Positions 1-12,062 of a stretch of 64,000 nucleotides of DNA are shown here, piece by piece. The notes below the pieces were generated by a model. That model did not search any database. It saw only the letters and a program-made list of their open reading frames with translations, and was not told the origin of the DNA. The position numbers and the translations under genes were made by a program. The DNA comes from Rhizodiscina lignyota (Eukaryota): contig ML978123.1 of NCBI GenBank assembly GCA_010015805.1, forward strand, positions 372,001-436,000. The letters run 5' to 3'. Each line of letters begins with the position of its first letter. The first letter of the stretch is position 1.

Positions 1-491
1 CTCGACTCGCTGCGTGCGTGTAGTACCACGGAGTGCCCCCTCTTTACGAGATCGCGTGCTACCACGGAGCCAATTCCGTCGGATGAACCTGTGATGAAGA
101 TACGCGCCATTGTAGGTGGATTTGAAACTGGAATGAGATAATAGACAGAGAATAGTAAAGTGAAAGCTGCTATAGCTACTTCAGCGGCTTTATAAATCAT
201 ATCGCCCTGAGCATGTCGAGTTGGAGATGCATGACGTCGGCGGAATGCGCTTATCTCCGCGCTTAGTTAAAGGGCCTAATCAAATATGCGGAGACCTCCA
301 TCTGTGGATGGAATCGGACACAATCAGAGAGCGAGCACTTTGAAGTATTTCTAAGGATCAGGAGGAGGTTTCCTGACCGTGTCGTGATTGGCGGTGCCTT
401 GGTGCTAACTAGCAAAAACGAACGGGGAAAAAACTGTCAGCCACTCCGATTACATACTCCACAATACAATGGCTCAAGATGATCTCAGCTT

Positions 492-1044
492 TCACCTTTT
501 CATTGCCCCGTTAAGGTACTCCTCCTTGTAACTTGCTCCCTCACCAAGCCGCTCGAAGTATTCAATCTCAACTGAAATAAGTGATCAGCTCTTTTTCTCC
601 ATCTTCACGCTCCCGACCGATGACCAAGCACCCGTAATAATAGTATGTAATAACGGACGAAGATTATTGAGGTGCGGAATCAAAGCGCGGCTTTGACTAG
701 GGATATTCTGAAAGCATACCTTCTTTAGTCCACGTTGATCTGCTCTTCTGCCAAAGAGTTGCATAGTATGGTTTCGTTAACTGATGCTGTACGTTCATTA
801 GACTCGGAGGCTTGGGGATCAAACTGCAACAACTGTTCACCTGCTCAAACCATTCACGATCCTTGCTCCACACTTCGACGAGTCGGAATCGCCCCGACGA
901 GGGATCTTCAAAAACGTCGAATAGCAAACATTCTGGTTCACAAGCGCAAGCTGCCCAGACGGGACGGTGAGCTTCTTTCCATTCCTCGATCTTAGCGGGA
1001 TCAATGTAAAATGTCACAAAAAGCGTAAGCTGTTTGCCAGACAT
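492..1044 (-). CDS. Small ABM-type (antibiotic biosynthesis monooxygenase-like, dimeric alpha/beta barrel) protein, 3 exons
   Basis: The ORF reads MSGKQLTLFVTFYIDPAKIEEW...EPECLLFDVFEDP...FRLVEVW, an ABM/LsrG-like pattern. GT..AG introns at about 841-789 and 719-572 give the C-terminus VEIEYFERLGEGASYKEEYLNGAMKR*. Confidence 0.75.
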
Positions 1045-1310
1045 GGTGATGAATGAAAAAAGGAGTGAGGAAAGAACTTCTAACTCTCGAGTGGAGAGTT
1101 CAGATAAATTAGGCTCGACGAACGGAGATATTTAGAGAACCGACGATAGCGCCGAGCAAATCGGCCGAATTCGTGAACATCGAAATCTTCCAAGAGACCA
1201 TGTCAGGAAACTTATGCCCGTATACCTTACTGATCCCCGCTACCTTTGTTGATCCTCACGCTACAGTAGAATCAAAGGTCGAAAATTTTCATTTTCGTGC
1301 ATATCTAGGC

Positions 1311-3018
1311 TCACGCGAGTAATTCTCTCCATACCATCTCTTGGTTGATAAAGTCGATCTGCTCCTTCCGGTACGTGTCGCTCTCCACATAGGTCTTGTT
1401 TGCATTCAACACGATCTCCTCCGGTTTGCCCAGGTCATATAACGGCCAGTAAGGCAACTGCGCAACTCCGCTGCTTCCACTCCCGTAACCGCTTCCGGAA
1501 GAACCGCCATTAGGATTCTGACTGTAAGCGAAATTTATATAAGCCCTTCCGATCCCTTGGCTCAGCTCTCTGTAATTTTCATACTGTGGCAGCGGGCCCA
1601 GCGTGCCGGACACATTTTGGAAGCTGAACGCCACGTTCGTCCCATGTGCGGCGCCAGTGCTGTTGCTCACATTGAATGGCGTAGTGTCAAAGCGGTAGCT
1701 GTAGATGTCAACGCCATAGCTTGTGTATGCTTCACACATCTTGCGCCGTTGGCCGATCATGACCATGTCACCACCCATCCAAGCAGTGCGGCGCCATTCT
1801 AGACCAAGCTGTGGGAACACGACGTCAGGCGGAACATGATACGGCGGCTTGGGCGATGTGTTGTCGTTAGGATACAGCTCCATCAGTTTGCGTATGGTCG
1901 GAGGAGATAGACCGTATCCACGCCACGTCAACAAATTTTGGAAAAGCGATGTATCATTGTCAACAGAGGGAATGCTGAAGCTGGTCCCTTCATCACTGTT
2001 TGCGCCGATTAGGAGAGGTGTTTTGATAAATTCCCCCTTGTCGATGACCTGGCTGGGGTATGACGGGAGGAAATCGCCGTCGATCAATGGGTTCCAGACC
2101 TGGCTTGGATGTGAAGCGAAGAGTTCTGCAGAAGAGAGGTTCCTCAAGCAGGCAAGTTGATCGACCGCAGTCCAACATCCAACAGTACGAGTCAGATTCT
2201 CGTAAGGCGGTAGATAGTACACAAGATCTTGCACTGAAGTTCCTTCCGGCCCGCCGGACTCCATGATAGCGCCGCGGAAGAGACCATCATTGCGGCCGGC
2301 GTATGAGAATAATTGATAGCCAATGCTCTGGGCTCCAGCTGACTCGCCTGCAGTTCTCGTCAGTCAACTAAGCAGCGCAATTTACAGTTGCCTTACCCCA
2401 GATCGTGACTTTCGACGGATCGCCTCCAAACGCGGCCACATTCTCCTGTAACCAGCGGAATGCCATGCGCTGGTCAAGAAGACCCGCATTACTGCTCCCT
2501 TCGGCTACTATTTCTGGGCTTTGGAGGAACCCCCACATGCCCAGTCTATAGTTGATGCTCACTGCAACGATGGGCTTTCCAATTTGCTGTGACACATGGA
2601 CGATGCCAGACAGATTGTAGCTTGGGTCGGCGCTGGATCCGGCAAACAGGCCTCCTCCGTATATCCACACGAGGACAGGCAAAGCGGCATGTTCGTAGCC
2701 AGAAGGCCGGACGACGTTTAATGTGAGACAGTCTTCGCTGAGATTGAAATGGCTGCCATACTGGTAGCAGCTGTACCCGTACGCCTTGGCTGACTTGGTT
2801 CCAGAAAATGACTTGTCCAGTGATCGAGGCCAGCGGAATCGCAAAGGACCAAGCGGAGGTTGCGCATATGGGATCCCAAGAAATGCGTCCTGGTTGTAAG
2901 AAGCTATGTGGACACCTTCATACGTGCCATTCACCGTCTTTGCAGTCGGATTGGATGATGCTGCCAGGACAGGGGTAAGCCCGACCAGGATCGACGCAAG
3001 CGTTAGCAGTACCTGCAT
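1311..3018 (-). CDS. Secreted type-B carboxylesterase/lipase
   Basis: Signal peptide; motifs FLGIPYAQPP, SEDCLTLNV, WIYGGG and NAGLLDQ. Intron 2396-2348 restores the nucleophile motif WGESAG. Catalytic E (NSDEG) and H (GAAHG) are present. Confidence 0.95.
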
Positions 3019-3853
3019 GGTGTTTCAGGCCAAGTTCTGCGCCAATGATTCTGCCTTGCGGCTCCTCCATATTTCCAAGAGCTGTTGGGAACTTTATACA
3101 CAAGATGTGACATGTATTCAGGAACTGGATAAATCGAAAGCTCCAATTTGTCGAAGTGCGGAGTAGAGGAGCTAATTACAGCCTGCAGTTGGTGGAAGAT
3201 CATTGGGAGATCATTGGACCGAGAAAATACCGGGAGTAAGTATCCAAAAAGTAACTCCGCATTTCCAGAGCGCTATAAATGTAAGTGCCGGCAGAAGAAG
3301 CTTTGTGGAGTGCAGATAGGCTGAATAGCTTATTTCGAGATCTCCCATATAGATATGACGACACGGTCAGAAGTCCGCGATTTCAATGTACTTGCCGATC
3401 GCGGAGTTAGAAAATCAAAATACGGTGAGACCCGAAATAGAAAGAAGAATGTGTTGAATGGAAGTGTCAAACTTGTGCACGGCGATGTTTCAATGGTCTA
3501 ATCCAAACTCATCCACTGAGTTGCTTGATTTTAATGTCATATGTGAAAAGCACAGATGCAGACGAGTCTGGTGCAACTATTCCATTGGTTCGTTCCAGTC
3601 TCCTAGAGTCGTTATAGTCGTCTCCCTCGTAATAGTGAACCTTTGCTTGTTGACCATCAGAGCTCGCGGGTGATGGAGCGCGTCATCGCACTCCCATTTG
3701 TTATGAGCTCTATACCGCTAATATACTCTGGGCACTCTCTTCCAGGATTAATGGGAAGCCAAGAGTGCTATGAGGTACGTCGTGATATTTGTCTTTGTTC
3801 GCCAGAATGCGCATGCGATTTTTGGCCGCAGACGGAGAACCTCGACGTTTTCA

Positions 3854-4268
3854 TCAATCCTGGACCTGTCCAGTGCATTAATAACGTGTCTCTTGCATAT
3901 TTATGCATCAGCATACCTCAGGCGGTTTTCCAACCGGCTGTATCATCCTCTGTTCCCCTTGTAAGCCTTTGTTCTCCGTGTTGTGAAGAGAGAATCGCGT
4001 ACCTCTATCATCATTGCTCGCGCCTTCTCTTTCGGCTCGCCTAGAGCTATCGCCATGTACTGAAGCAGCGGCGGATGCCCGATGTAGCTGGCATAGCTGT
4101 CTCGCGCAATATTTGAGGTCCACTCGAATTTCGTGGTGTCTGCGTGACCGGTGCCGACATGGCGAGCCTGGAGCTGCTCGAGCTGTTGTTGAGCGCGGAG
4201 CTTGTCGGCCTGCGCAAGTCAGTAAATCAGCGTGTGAATATATAAGCAGATAGCAAATAGCGTACCAT
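3854..4268 (-). CDS. YSF3: Splicing factor 3B subunit 5 (SF3b10/Ysf3), 84 aa, 4 exons
   Basis: Manual reconstruction: exons 4268-4266 (ATG only), 4209-4003, 3949-3917 and 3865-3854 give MADKLRAQQQLEQLQARHVGTGHADTTKFEWTSNIARDSYASYIGHPPLLQYMAIALGEPKEKARAMMIERMIQPVGKPPEVQD. This carries the SF3B5 signature (GTGHADTTKFEW...RDSYASYIGH). All introns are GT-AG. Confidence 0.96.
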
Positions 4269-4461
4269 TTTGTAGGTATAAGTGTTTTGTGGGGAATGTG
4301 GAGTTGAAGATATGAGATTTGAAGGTAGGAAGCTTAAGCTCTCCAGTTTGGAAGCTAATCAGTTTTAGGTAAAGCGCCACTTTTCGTCTGAACTTCATTC
4401 GACACGCGACAGCAGTATGATTTCGTCTCAACGCTTGGACTATCATTTTCTATGCTTCAAA

Positions 4462-5073
4462 ATGTCTACAGCACCTATGACTCCTACGGAGGACCCATTC
4501 GATCCATCTGCCACCCGATCGTGGTCTTCTGCAAGCCCCAGATCCGACTACGACGCTAGTTTCGAGGACGCAGTGATGCGCATCGTTCTATCTCCGCCTC
4601 ATAATGACGGCATCGTACTTTTAAACGAAGGCGACGAGCCTCCAATTGGCATAGAGTCGGTCCAGAGGACATCGGTTGAAGTTGAGAGGATACCAAACTT
4701 TGCGCCCTCAGCCCTCCCATTGCCGCTCAACCATCCACTGCGCATCTACCGTTCGTCGGTCCCAGGAATACGCCTTACACACCCCGGCGGTGATTTGGAA
4801 GGGGGTGAAGGGCCAGGTTCATTAGCACAAGAACGTGCCGGCTTCGCCCGAGAGCTCATTGATGATAATCGAATACGGAACGCACCGCAGTTTTGGCGAG
4901 TTGTTGAGCAAGAGAAGGGTGAGGCGTTGAAGGAGTTAGAGGAAAAAATGCGTGCGCGGCAAGATGCTATCAGACAGAATGAGAAACTAGAGAACCAGTT
5001 GGACGCTTTGAAAGAGCAGAGAGACTTGGAGGTTCGGGTGTGGAACCGAAGAAAGGGACTGGGGAAGGGATGA
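4462..5073 (+). CDS. Hypothetical fungal protein with C-terminal coiled coil
   Basis: Single-exon 203-codon ORF from an ATG in good context (AAAATG). Contains a PGIRLTHPGG motif and a heptad-rich C-terminus. Divergent from YSF3 across about 190 bp. Confidence 0.75.
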   Translation: MSTAPMTPTEDPFDPSATRSWSSASPRSDYDASFEDAVMRIVLSPPHNDGIVLLNEGDEPPIGIESVQRTSVEVERIPNFAPSALPLPLNHPLRIYRSSVPGIRLTHPGGDLEGGEGPGSLAQERAGFARELIDDNRIRNAPQFWRVVEQEKGEALKELEEKMRARQDAIRQNEKLENQLDALKEQRDLEVRVWNRRKGLGKG

Positions 5074-5294
5074 AGCGGGGCTGGAAAGAACACGAGACGC
5101 CTTTCCAGACTACGCATTGCAATCGACATGCGTAGAGCAACAATTGCTTGGTGACTTCTATTAAAGCAATCCAAGATGAAGATGCTAGAAAGCAACACAG
5201 TAGAGATCCGCAGAAGAATCAGGAAAGCAAATACGACAGTTGTTGTAGCAGTTAGCCGACCTTAATTGCCACTCTTCGAAGCAAGGACAAAAAA

Positions 5295-5324
5295 TGGTGT
5301 CTACCGGAATCGAACCGGACACCA
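5295..5324 (-). pseudogene. tRNA-derived minihelix remnant (acceptor stem plus T-arm, perfect B-box, oligo-T terminator)
   Basis: The minus strand reads TGGTGTCCGGTTCGATTCCGGTAGACACCA followed by TTTTTT. No D-arm or anticodon arm was found nearby. Confidence 0.6.
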
Positions 5325-5766
5325 ATAAAAAAAGGGAAAATTAGCCAGCTCGTGCTGGACTAATAACTTTGCTTAGCGTCGACTTCAAGCTTGTGGCTCT
5401 CTCCAGATCCCCTTGTTCAGCGCTCAGGGTTGCCGCATAGCTCGCAACTTCAGGCTCTTACATCCACTCCAACTTGCGCCGCAACCTAGTACTAGATCAT
5501 TAGGTCTATAATCTTACAGCGGCTTCTCCTATCCCCCGGCAGGGAACGCAATGGCTTAATAGAACGGCTATTGACGGTTACGGGCACAAGTTACGGCATG
5601 ACTATATGGCTCCGACTTATCTCTCAATCGCATGTTCCTTACGGTACAAGTGGTATATTTAATCGCTATACATGTTTAGATTAGAGCTTCAGCTATGTAA
5701 TGTCAAAATCTAGGTACAAATACATCCTCCGGGGCAATAGAAACAGACACAACCTCACGAGCCATG

Positions 5767-8034
5767 TCAAGCCAGTAAAATCATTCTCTCCGTCGGCTCA
5801 CACGATTGCCAAAGTTCCACAGATATCTCACAGACATCTATTCTGAACGCAATATCGCCGATGAAGTCAACTAGCATTATAATAATCCTCTTATTATCCG
5901 CTGTACTGCTTCCAGGCGTGCACACCGCAATGTAACTCAGAACGTTCGGTTGCTTCTCTTTCCAATCTCGGCGGAGCGACATGCAGTCCGGAGATTCTTG
6001 TTTGTCAAAATCTGTTGGTTTGCAGTCGTTCACACAATTTTCATTGCACTCGCCTCGTTCCAGTTGGCCAAGCTTGACATGGACGTATGCGCTGTTTCTC
6101 TTACAGACGTATGGAACAACGGGTATGTCCGCTATTTCTGTGGTTATTACGAGGAAATGCGAAGTTGGTATTGAACTTCTCAATACTATGTCGCGCAATT
6201 CCTCTTCTCGCGCTATTATACCGGAATCGTCGATATGGCAAGACAGCTTATTCGCTCTCCCCACATCCTCAATACAATGTAAAGCCTGCTCATCTATTTT
6301 GCAGACCCGGCGGATTCCTCGGTCCAGAGTGTAGTAAGGTATGTACCTTACATCCAAGCCTCGGAGACTGCTGACCCAGGCTGCCCAAGACCAGCTTGGA
6401 TAGTCAAATCGATCACGAGGCTGAATAGAGGTATTCAGTTGCCAAGCCAAGGCGGTGATGATATGATTCGCAGGAAGGCCGAAGCAAAAGTCTCCAAGTA
6501 AAGGCTGGAAAGCATTTGTGATTCCCGTAAAGGCATCCAGAATATCGGCAGGGTCCGAAAGATTGCGCATTCGGTAATCTCTCAGCAAACTATAAAATTG
6601 ATACCTCGCCGAGCTGTCATCGCCGATCCTCTTTTCTGGCAACGTGAACGCGAAGGTATCGTCGGATCGAAAGTGTGAATCTTGCGTGATCTCTTCCAAC
6701 GCCTGGTCTTCTGTAACGAACATGCAGCTGCAACGGAACATAACCTGGGATTCTTCAAAGACAAGCAGTCGATGAGAAATAACTTGCTCCTGCAGAGTCC
6801 AGGCTCTATGGCTCCATGCGGAATGGAGGTACAATGCCTTGTTGGGAACCGCTTGGACTGACATGAGTTCTAGGTCCCCGATTTGAACAGTGGCTTGCTG
6901 CTGCCTTGGTAGAGAGACCCCATGGAGGCCAATACTGCAATCTGACCCTGAAGCCGCAACAATCGTCAGGCTAGCCAGTGCATATATCAAGTCCATATGC
7001 TTGATCTGCCTCTGCTTGTCCTGTTCATCATCTTGGACAATGCACAGTGCGTCTATCCAAATATACTGTAGACCAAGCCTCCTGCAAAAAGATATAGTGT
7101 CCTTTATTGTCGCTGGCAAATGGTATCTGTCCAACGATCCTTCTTCTTTGAGGGCTGTCACGGTGTGTCTTTCGAGGCGTATGAATTCTTTTCTCCCCCA
7201 AACATAGCTGAGGGCCGCAAATGTAGGCCAAGATCGGAGATCATCAGCGAGGCAGCTGCGCCTGACATCCAGAAAGCGAATTCCGTCGAGTGGCGGATTA
7301 CTTTGAACGTACATGCCAGACCTTGGCTCTCTCTTGACGAAAGGGTTGCACTTAACGCCATGTAGATAATGACACGTGCGAATCCACTGTTGAAATAGCC
7401 GGATCTGAGATTCTCCTATGAGTCTTTCGATCCTGCGTCCACCGAAGGCTGCGTGTTGTAATCCGCGCTCAGATAGTGCGCTATTGACAGTGACAGAGAG
7501 CGGCCATGAAACCGGCTTTCCATGTTCAAGGTGGATGACCCACACATATCTGCCGTGCACTTTTTGGGAATCTCCTCTGATTTCGGCAACAGCTACAGGG
7601 CGGAGCCTAATAACGTCCGAGTCCAGCGATGAAATGCGGTCACCAAGTACGGTGCACAGAAAGTGGCAGAACAGGCAGCTGCGGGACAGTCTCGAAGTGG
7701 TTTTGGCAAACATCGGCTGGTAATCCCCTCGTTTGCGATGCTTGTGTCCTGTTGGTAGCAGCAAAGTCAAATCAATCAGCGAACATTCCTCGCATAGTTG
7801 TTGCACGGAGTCATCATCTTGAAGTGTTGGCGTTGAAAAAAGTGCGGAGATCTGATAGCAAGCATTGCCCATTCCTTTGGGAGCCGCAAGTGCATACTTT
7901 TGGCCAGTTTGATGAAGATAATTGTTAGAAGTTTGGTCTTTAGTATCTACTGGGACGGGTTCTGGCACTTGTCTTTGAATGTTGCCGATTCGTCTCGAAA
8001 TCCGGCGCAAGGTCCAAAGTGACTGTGACGGCAT
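5767..8034 (-). CDS. Heterokaryon incompatibility (HET domain) protein
   Basis: 755-aa ORF with HET motifs FAALSYVWG, LPATIKD...YIWIDALCIVQDD, MDLIY...TIVAASG, WSHRAWTLQE and PSWSWAAW. N-terminal LCEEC...CLFC cysteine cluster. Confidence 0.95.
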   Translation of the reverse strand: MPSQSLWTLRRISRRIGNIQRQVPEPVPVDTKDQTSNNYLHQTGQKYALAAPKGMGNACYQISALFSTPTLQDDDSVQQLCEECSLIDLTLLLPTGHKHRKRGDYQPMFAKTTSRLSRSCLFCHFLCTVLGDRISSLDSDVIRLRPVAVAEIRGDSQKVHGRYVWVIHLEHGKPVSWPLSVTVNSALSERGLQHAAFGGRRIERLIGESQIRLFQQWIRTCHYLHGVKCNPFVKREPRSGMYVQSNPPLDGIRFLDVRRSCLADDLRSWPTFAALSYVWGRKEFIRLERHTVTALKEEGSLDRYHLPATIKDTISFCRRLGLQYIWIDALCIVQDDEQDKQRQIKHMDLIYALASLTIVAASGSDCSIGLHGVSLPRQQQATVQIGDLELMSVQAVPNKALYLHSAWSHRAWTLQEQVISHRLLVFEESQVMFRCSCMFVTEDQALEEITQDSHFRSDDTFAFTLPEKRIGDDSSARYQFYSLLRDYRMRNLSDPADILDAFTGITNAFQPLLGDFCFGLPANHIITALAWQLNTSIQPRDRFDYPSWSWAAWVSSLRGLDVRYIPYYTLDRGIRRVCKIDEQALHCIEDVGRANKLSCHIDDSGIIAREEELRDIVLRSSIPTSHFLVITTEIADIPVVPYVCKRNSAYVHVKLGQLERGECNENCVNDCKPTDFDKQESPDCMSLRRDWKEKQPNVLSYIAVCTPGSSTADNKRIIIMLVDFIGDIAFRIDVCEISVELWQSCEPTERMILLA

Positions 8035-8930
8035 CGTGAACCCGGAACAGATACGACAGTTGAGAAATGATAAGCATACAAAAGTGGGACTGACATTTGA
8101 GATGGATCTTGAGAGTCAGGACTCAGTCTTCAGCCTTGTGAGGCTGAGCGCACACCGCTCGGTCTTGTTTCACTGCAGCACGAACGCCATCAACGACGAT
8201 AATGGAAAAAAGAAAACATGCCTAATCGTGACAGAAGGCTAGACTTTCCAGTCCAGTATGGAGTTCACTCCGTTATGCTTCCCTCTCGTTCTTTCCTTGA
8301 GCACAGTTGATACACTCAATACTGTGTCTTCTTCCGACACAGTTCCCGATTGCTGTACGCCGCTAATTGACAAAAAGGGCGGCGAATAAGCTCTAGACAA
8401 GAGCAAGCTGCGTTAGCGGCGCCATGTGCATACAGCTAGATGTTCTCGGCATATGAAGGCGCAAAAGCTGAAGGAATCTATCGCCGAGCAAAAGGGAAAA
8501 AAGACGTAGGCAGGAATTGAAGCTAACCTGATTTGTACGGAAGTCATCGAAACCTCTCTGCTACTGAGTGTAAACTGCTATTTCTACAATACCTTCAACA
8601 AACTTGCTGCCGCTTTCAAGATAAGGTAGTGAACAGTAGTGTATAGCCTCTATAATCAACACAATGTATGTAGTTTTCGAAGTTATGCTATTCTCATATA
8701 CATTCCGATGAACGTAGAACTAAGCTTGCGGACATAGTCTCACTTCCCTTGAAGAGCAGAAGCTGCTCGCCACTAAGCGCTACAGCTTGCACGGCGATGA
8801 CGAATACTGATCATCATGCCATACCTCTCTGAATACTAGCTTCCCGGTATATGTCGGTCAGGTTCTGGGAAAAGCGAGAGCAAAGGAATGTTACTGGATG
8901 CATTGCTTCTGTGAATTTAACTCATACATA

Positions 8931-10990
8931 TCAATCAATCGCTTTGTGCGCCTCTGGATGCTGCAATATCTCCACGAATCCCGAACTCAGTAGTTCTATC
9001 ACAACACCGACATCAGGAGCTTCTGCCGCCCGCCGTCTACGTCTCCCGTCAATTTTCACCTTGCTGGAGCCACCCGCTCCGATCTTCGCGTTTGACGTGT
9101 CACCCTTCCCTGTCCTGACTGGTCCTTCCTGGGTGAGCGGGGTGAGAAGAGTTACGTCGAGGAGGTCCTGCCAGCGACTAAGATACATGCCTGGACCAAG
9201 ATCCGTAGACTTGTTCGAGAGGATGGATTGCATGCGATTTTTGGAGGCCTCGTGGAGTGTTGCAAGATATTTGGCATGATCATCAAGGGCTGATTTGACC
9301 TTTATTTGCTCTTCGGTGGATAGGGAATTGAAAAGCTTGTTCAATGCAGGCGTGAGATTGCCGGCACCGGGTGCTTGGCCTTGCTCCGATGATGATGGAT
9401 GCCGGAAGTTGGAGACCGCGTCTTTCATCCAGTCGCGGTACCATTGCGTTACGTTGCCACCATTCTTCGCGACTAGATGGAGAAATCGGTGAGAGGAAGT
9501 GATGTGTTTTCGAACGAGCTTGACGTAGTCCTCAACTGTAGGGATATCGGGGCGGTCTTCTCCTCCGGGTCCATCGGTGTCGCTTCCGCTTGCATTTACG
9601 CTAATGCCAGCAGGGTTTCTGATGCTTCTCTTCCCGACGTACGGGCGTTTCGCAAGCTTGACAAAATCGTTCATGAAATTCTCAAAGTCGGTCAGTGTTG
9701 AACCGAGATCGACAGCATTGTGGATGCCTCGTATGATTGGATCATAGGCAGCAACGACGTCCTTGATGGCCTGAGTAACGAGATCGGGTTGATGATAATT
9801 CAAAATTCGGTTAAGCTCCTGTCGATCGCGTATCGACAGATGAATGGAGAGATATTCAAGCGCTTGCTTGTGCTCCTCTTCTGTCAATGGTGGTAGTTCG
9901 GGATTGGTCGATATGAGGATTATGGACACAATGGATTGGGACATGATTATGCTGGTTTGTCGCACGACTTCTTGCTTCGTACGGTCGATGTCTTTGATAT
10001 GCTCTTTGATGGCATCGAGATGCGCCTTGCTTGGGGCGTTGGGGTCCTTCTCGACTTTCGCTACTTGCTTCTGGAGGTCCGCAACGTCCCATCCGATCAC
10101 TGTGGACATAATTTGTTGAAGAAGATTCATTCCATCGTTGGTTGAGTTGGTCAGGCCAATCCAGTTCGTCAGTCCCGTAACGGAAAGTTTCGCCAGCATA
10201 AGCCTGAGCATCGCGTTGATCATAGTTGCTGCATTTCCCACTTTCAGAGTCTGCCGGACAAGTGTATACGGGATCAACGTGTTGATGTTTGCTATGACCC
10301 TCGTCAAATACTGTCCATCTGGAGACAGCACCATGGTATAGTGCAAGATCGCAGCGAGGCTGTCTCTCGTAAGCTTTGGCAATTGCCAGCTAGGCAGGAA
10401 CAAGCGTACTTGACGAGCACATGTTCATGCGCAGCTTGTACAAGCTTCGAGTGATCCTCAAGCTTGCCAGTCTCGGCCGCCTTGTCAAACATGGTATCAA
10501 TCATGTCCCCATGGACGACTTTCTGGATCCAGTCATGCCAGCCTTGCAAGACATCTTCCGGTTTTGAAGGATCATAATCTTCGACATCCCGCTCTATCTC
10601 CCTTCTCGGATAACCTCCAAGAACTCCTCTTGCTGGGTATTCAAATAGCGTAGCAAAGGCAGTTCCTAAGGTTCTCCTTGCGCCAATGCCGCCTTTGTCA
10701 TAGCTGTCCGAGAGATCCGCCTCGCCAAACTTGTTGACGAGCGTTTGCGCCCTCTGCTTCCAAAAGACTTCCGAGACGTCTCTGAGACCAGGAAGCTTTA
10801 TGGCAAACTTCGAGAGCAGCATCTGCAGTATCGGTGAAGTGGAAGCCTCATCTGCGGAGGAGAATGGCGGTCCATATCCTTCGATTGCCCCATCGTGCTT
10901 GAACTTCTCAATCTCAGCGCAAGTCTCATGATGCGTGAGAATATCTAACAACGCATGCGCCTGGTCTGGTGTGAGCGGATCTTCGGCCAT
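8931..10990 (-). CDS. PX-associated (PXB) / DUF3818 domain protein
   Basis: The N-terminus LTPDQAHALLDILTHHET and the segments LIPYTLVRQTLKVGNAATMIN...NLLQQI are typical of this family. Intron 10409-10360 joins the two ORFs in frame. Confidence 0.85.
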
Positions 10991-12062
10991 TTGGAATAAC
11001 GACCGATATGCGAGTGCGCCTCACATTTTAGAGTTGCTTATGGCCTTGTTGGTCGAAAGGTGACATCACAAACCGAGATCCCATCTGTAAGGCTCCCACG
11101 ATCGGGGACAACACAGAAGGCGCTTGTCCGGATCCGGAAAGGCTTCCCAAATAAGCTTATTAACAATGCACATTTCTCCATGTCCTCAATCAGATACTTG
11201 AGCATCGATCTTCGAGTTGGAGGGGATATCGGGGCTTCCTATCCTCGGAAACTCGATAATGATCATTTAATAGCCCTTTCAATTGTGGAGTAGTTTCCAT
11301 GTCAGGCTCATCTTCCGTGCTGTACATAGCCCAGCCTCACACCTGCTAGAGACCGTTCCAGCACCTTTCTTCGCTTCTACGAGTCCAGCCGTACAACCGC
11401 TCCTTCGACTCAATGCCATCTCAACTTCCACTTGTCTTGCACGCCTCTTACACATGTTGTGGTCAGCTTGGAGCTTGATACAGAGCAAGATGCGGGGTAG
11501 CAGCAATACTGAACCTTGGAAGTATCTCTGCCTTCTCACGCACCAGTTTTCAGCCCCAGCTGAGAGAAAATCCTTCGATTACTCCAGTTGATTCGCTACA
11601 TGGGACAGAGTTACGACTCGATTCGTTCCCTTTGAAGAGTAGAAGGAAGAGGCGTTCGGCGAAGAACATGGGTAGAACGAGTTTTTTCACAGCGGCTTCA
11701 AATAGTGCAGCAGCCTCATCGACTAATTTTAAGCGATGTAGCCCGCTACGCTTCAGCGCGTTCTCGAACCAGGACGCCGCGCAGTTGGGAAAGGACTCCT
11801 TTGCCCAGCATTGGTCCTCGGAAATACTCAGGAATATACCCAGAGATGAGGTGTGTACCGAACGCATAGTCTTACTGCTCCTTAGGCCCACCGCATTGGG
11901 ACTATAATATCAGCTTGTTTCAGCTAAAAGTGCTTAGATAGCTCTGCCTGAAGCAGTATATAAGGACAAGTTCTCTGACCAATTGATTGAAACTGTTTCT
12001 GTCAATTCGAACAATTCCTTTCTTCAGTCTCTCGTCCTGATTAGCAAGTTCTTGCTTTCAGT

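Noticed and set aside
3643..4253. Plus-strand ORFs of 64-133 aa
   Set aside because: Antisense shadows of the YSF3 gene.
5460..5525. Minus-strand GCCGCTGTAA resembling the 5' end of fungal SRP RNA
   Set aside because: No SRP helix-8 motif or matching structure was found downstream.
11279..11907. Several 86-113 aa ORFs between the PXB gene and the SnoaL-like gene
   Set aside because: No recognisable motif or consistent exon chain. Could be a decayed gene, but unsupported.
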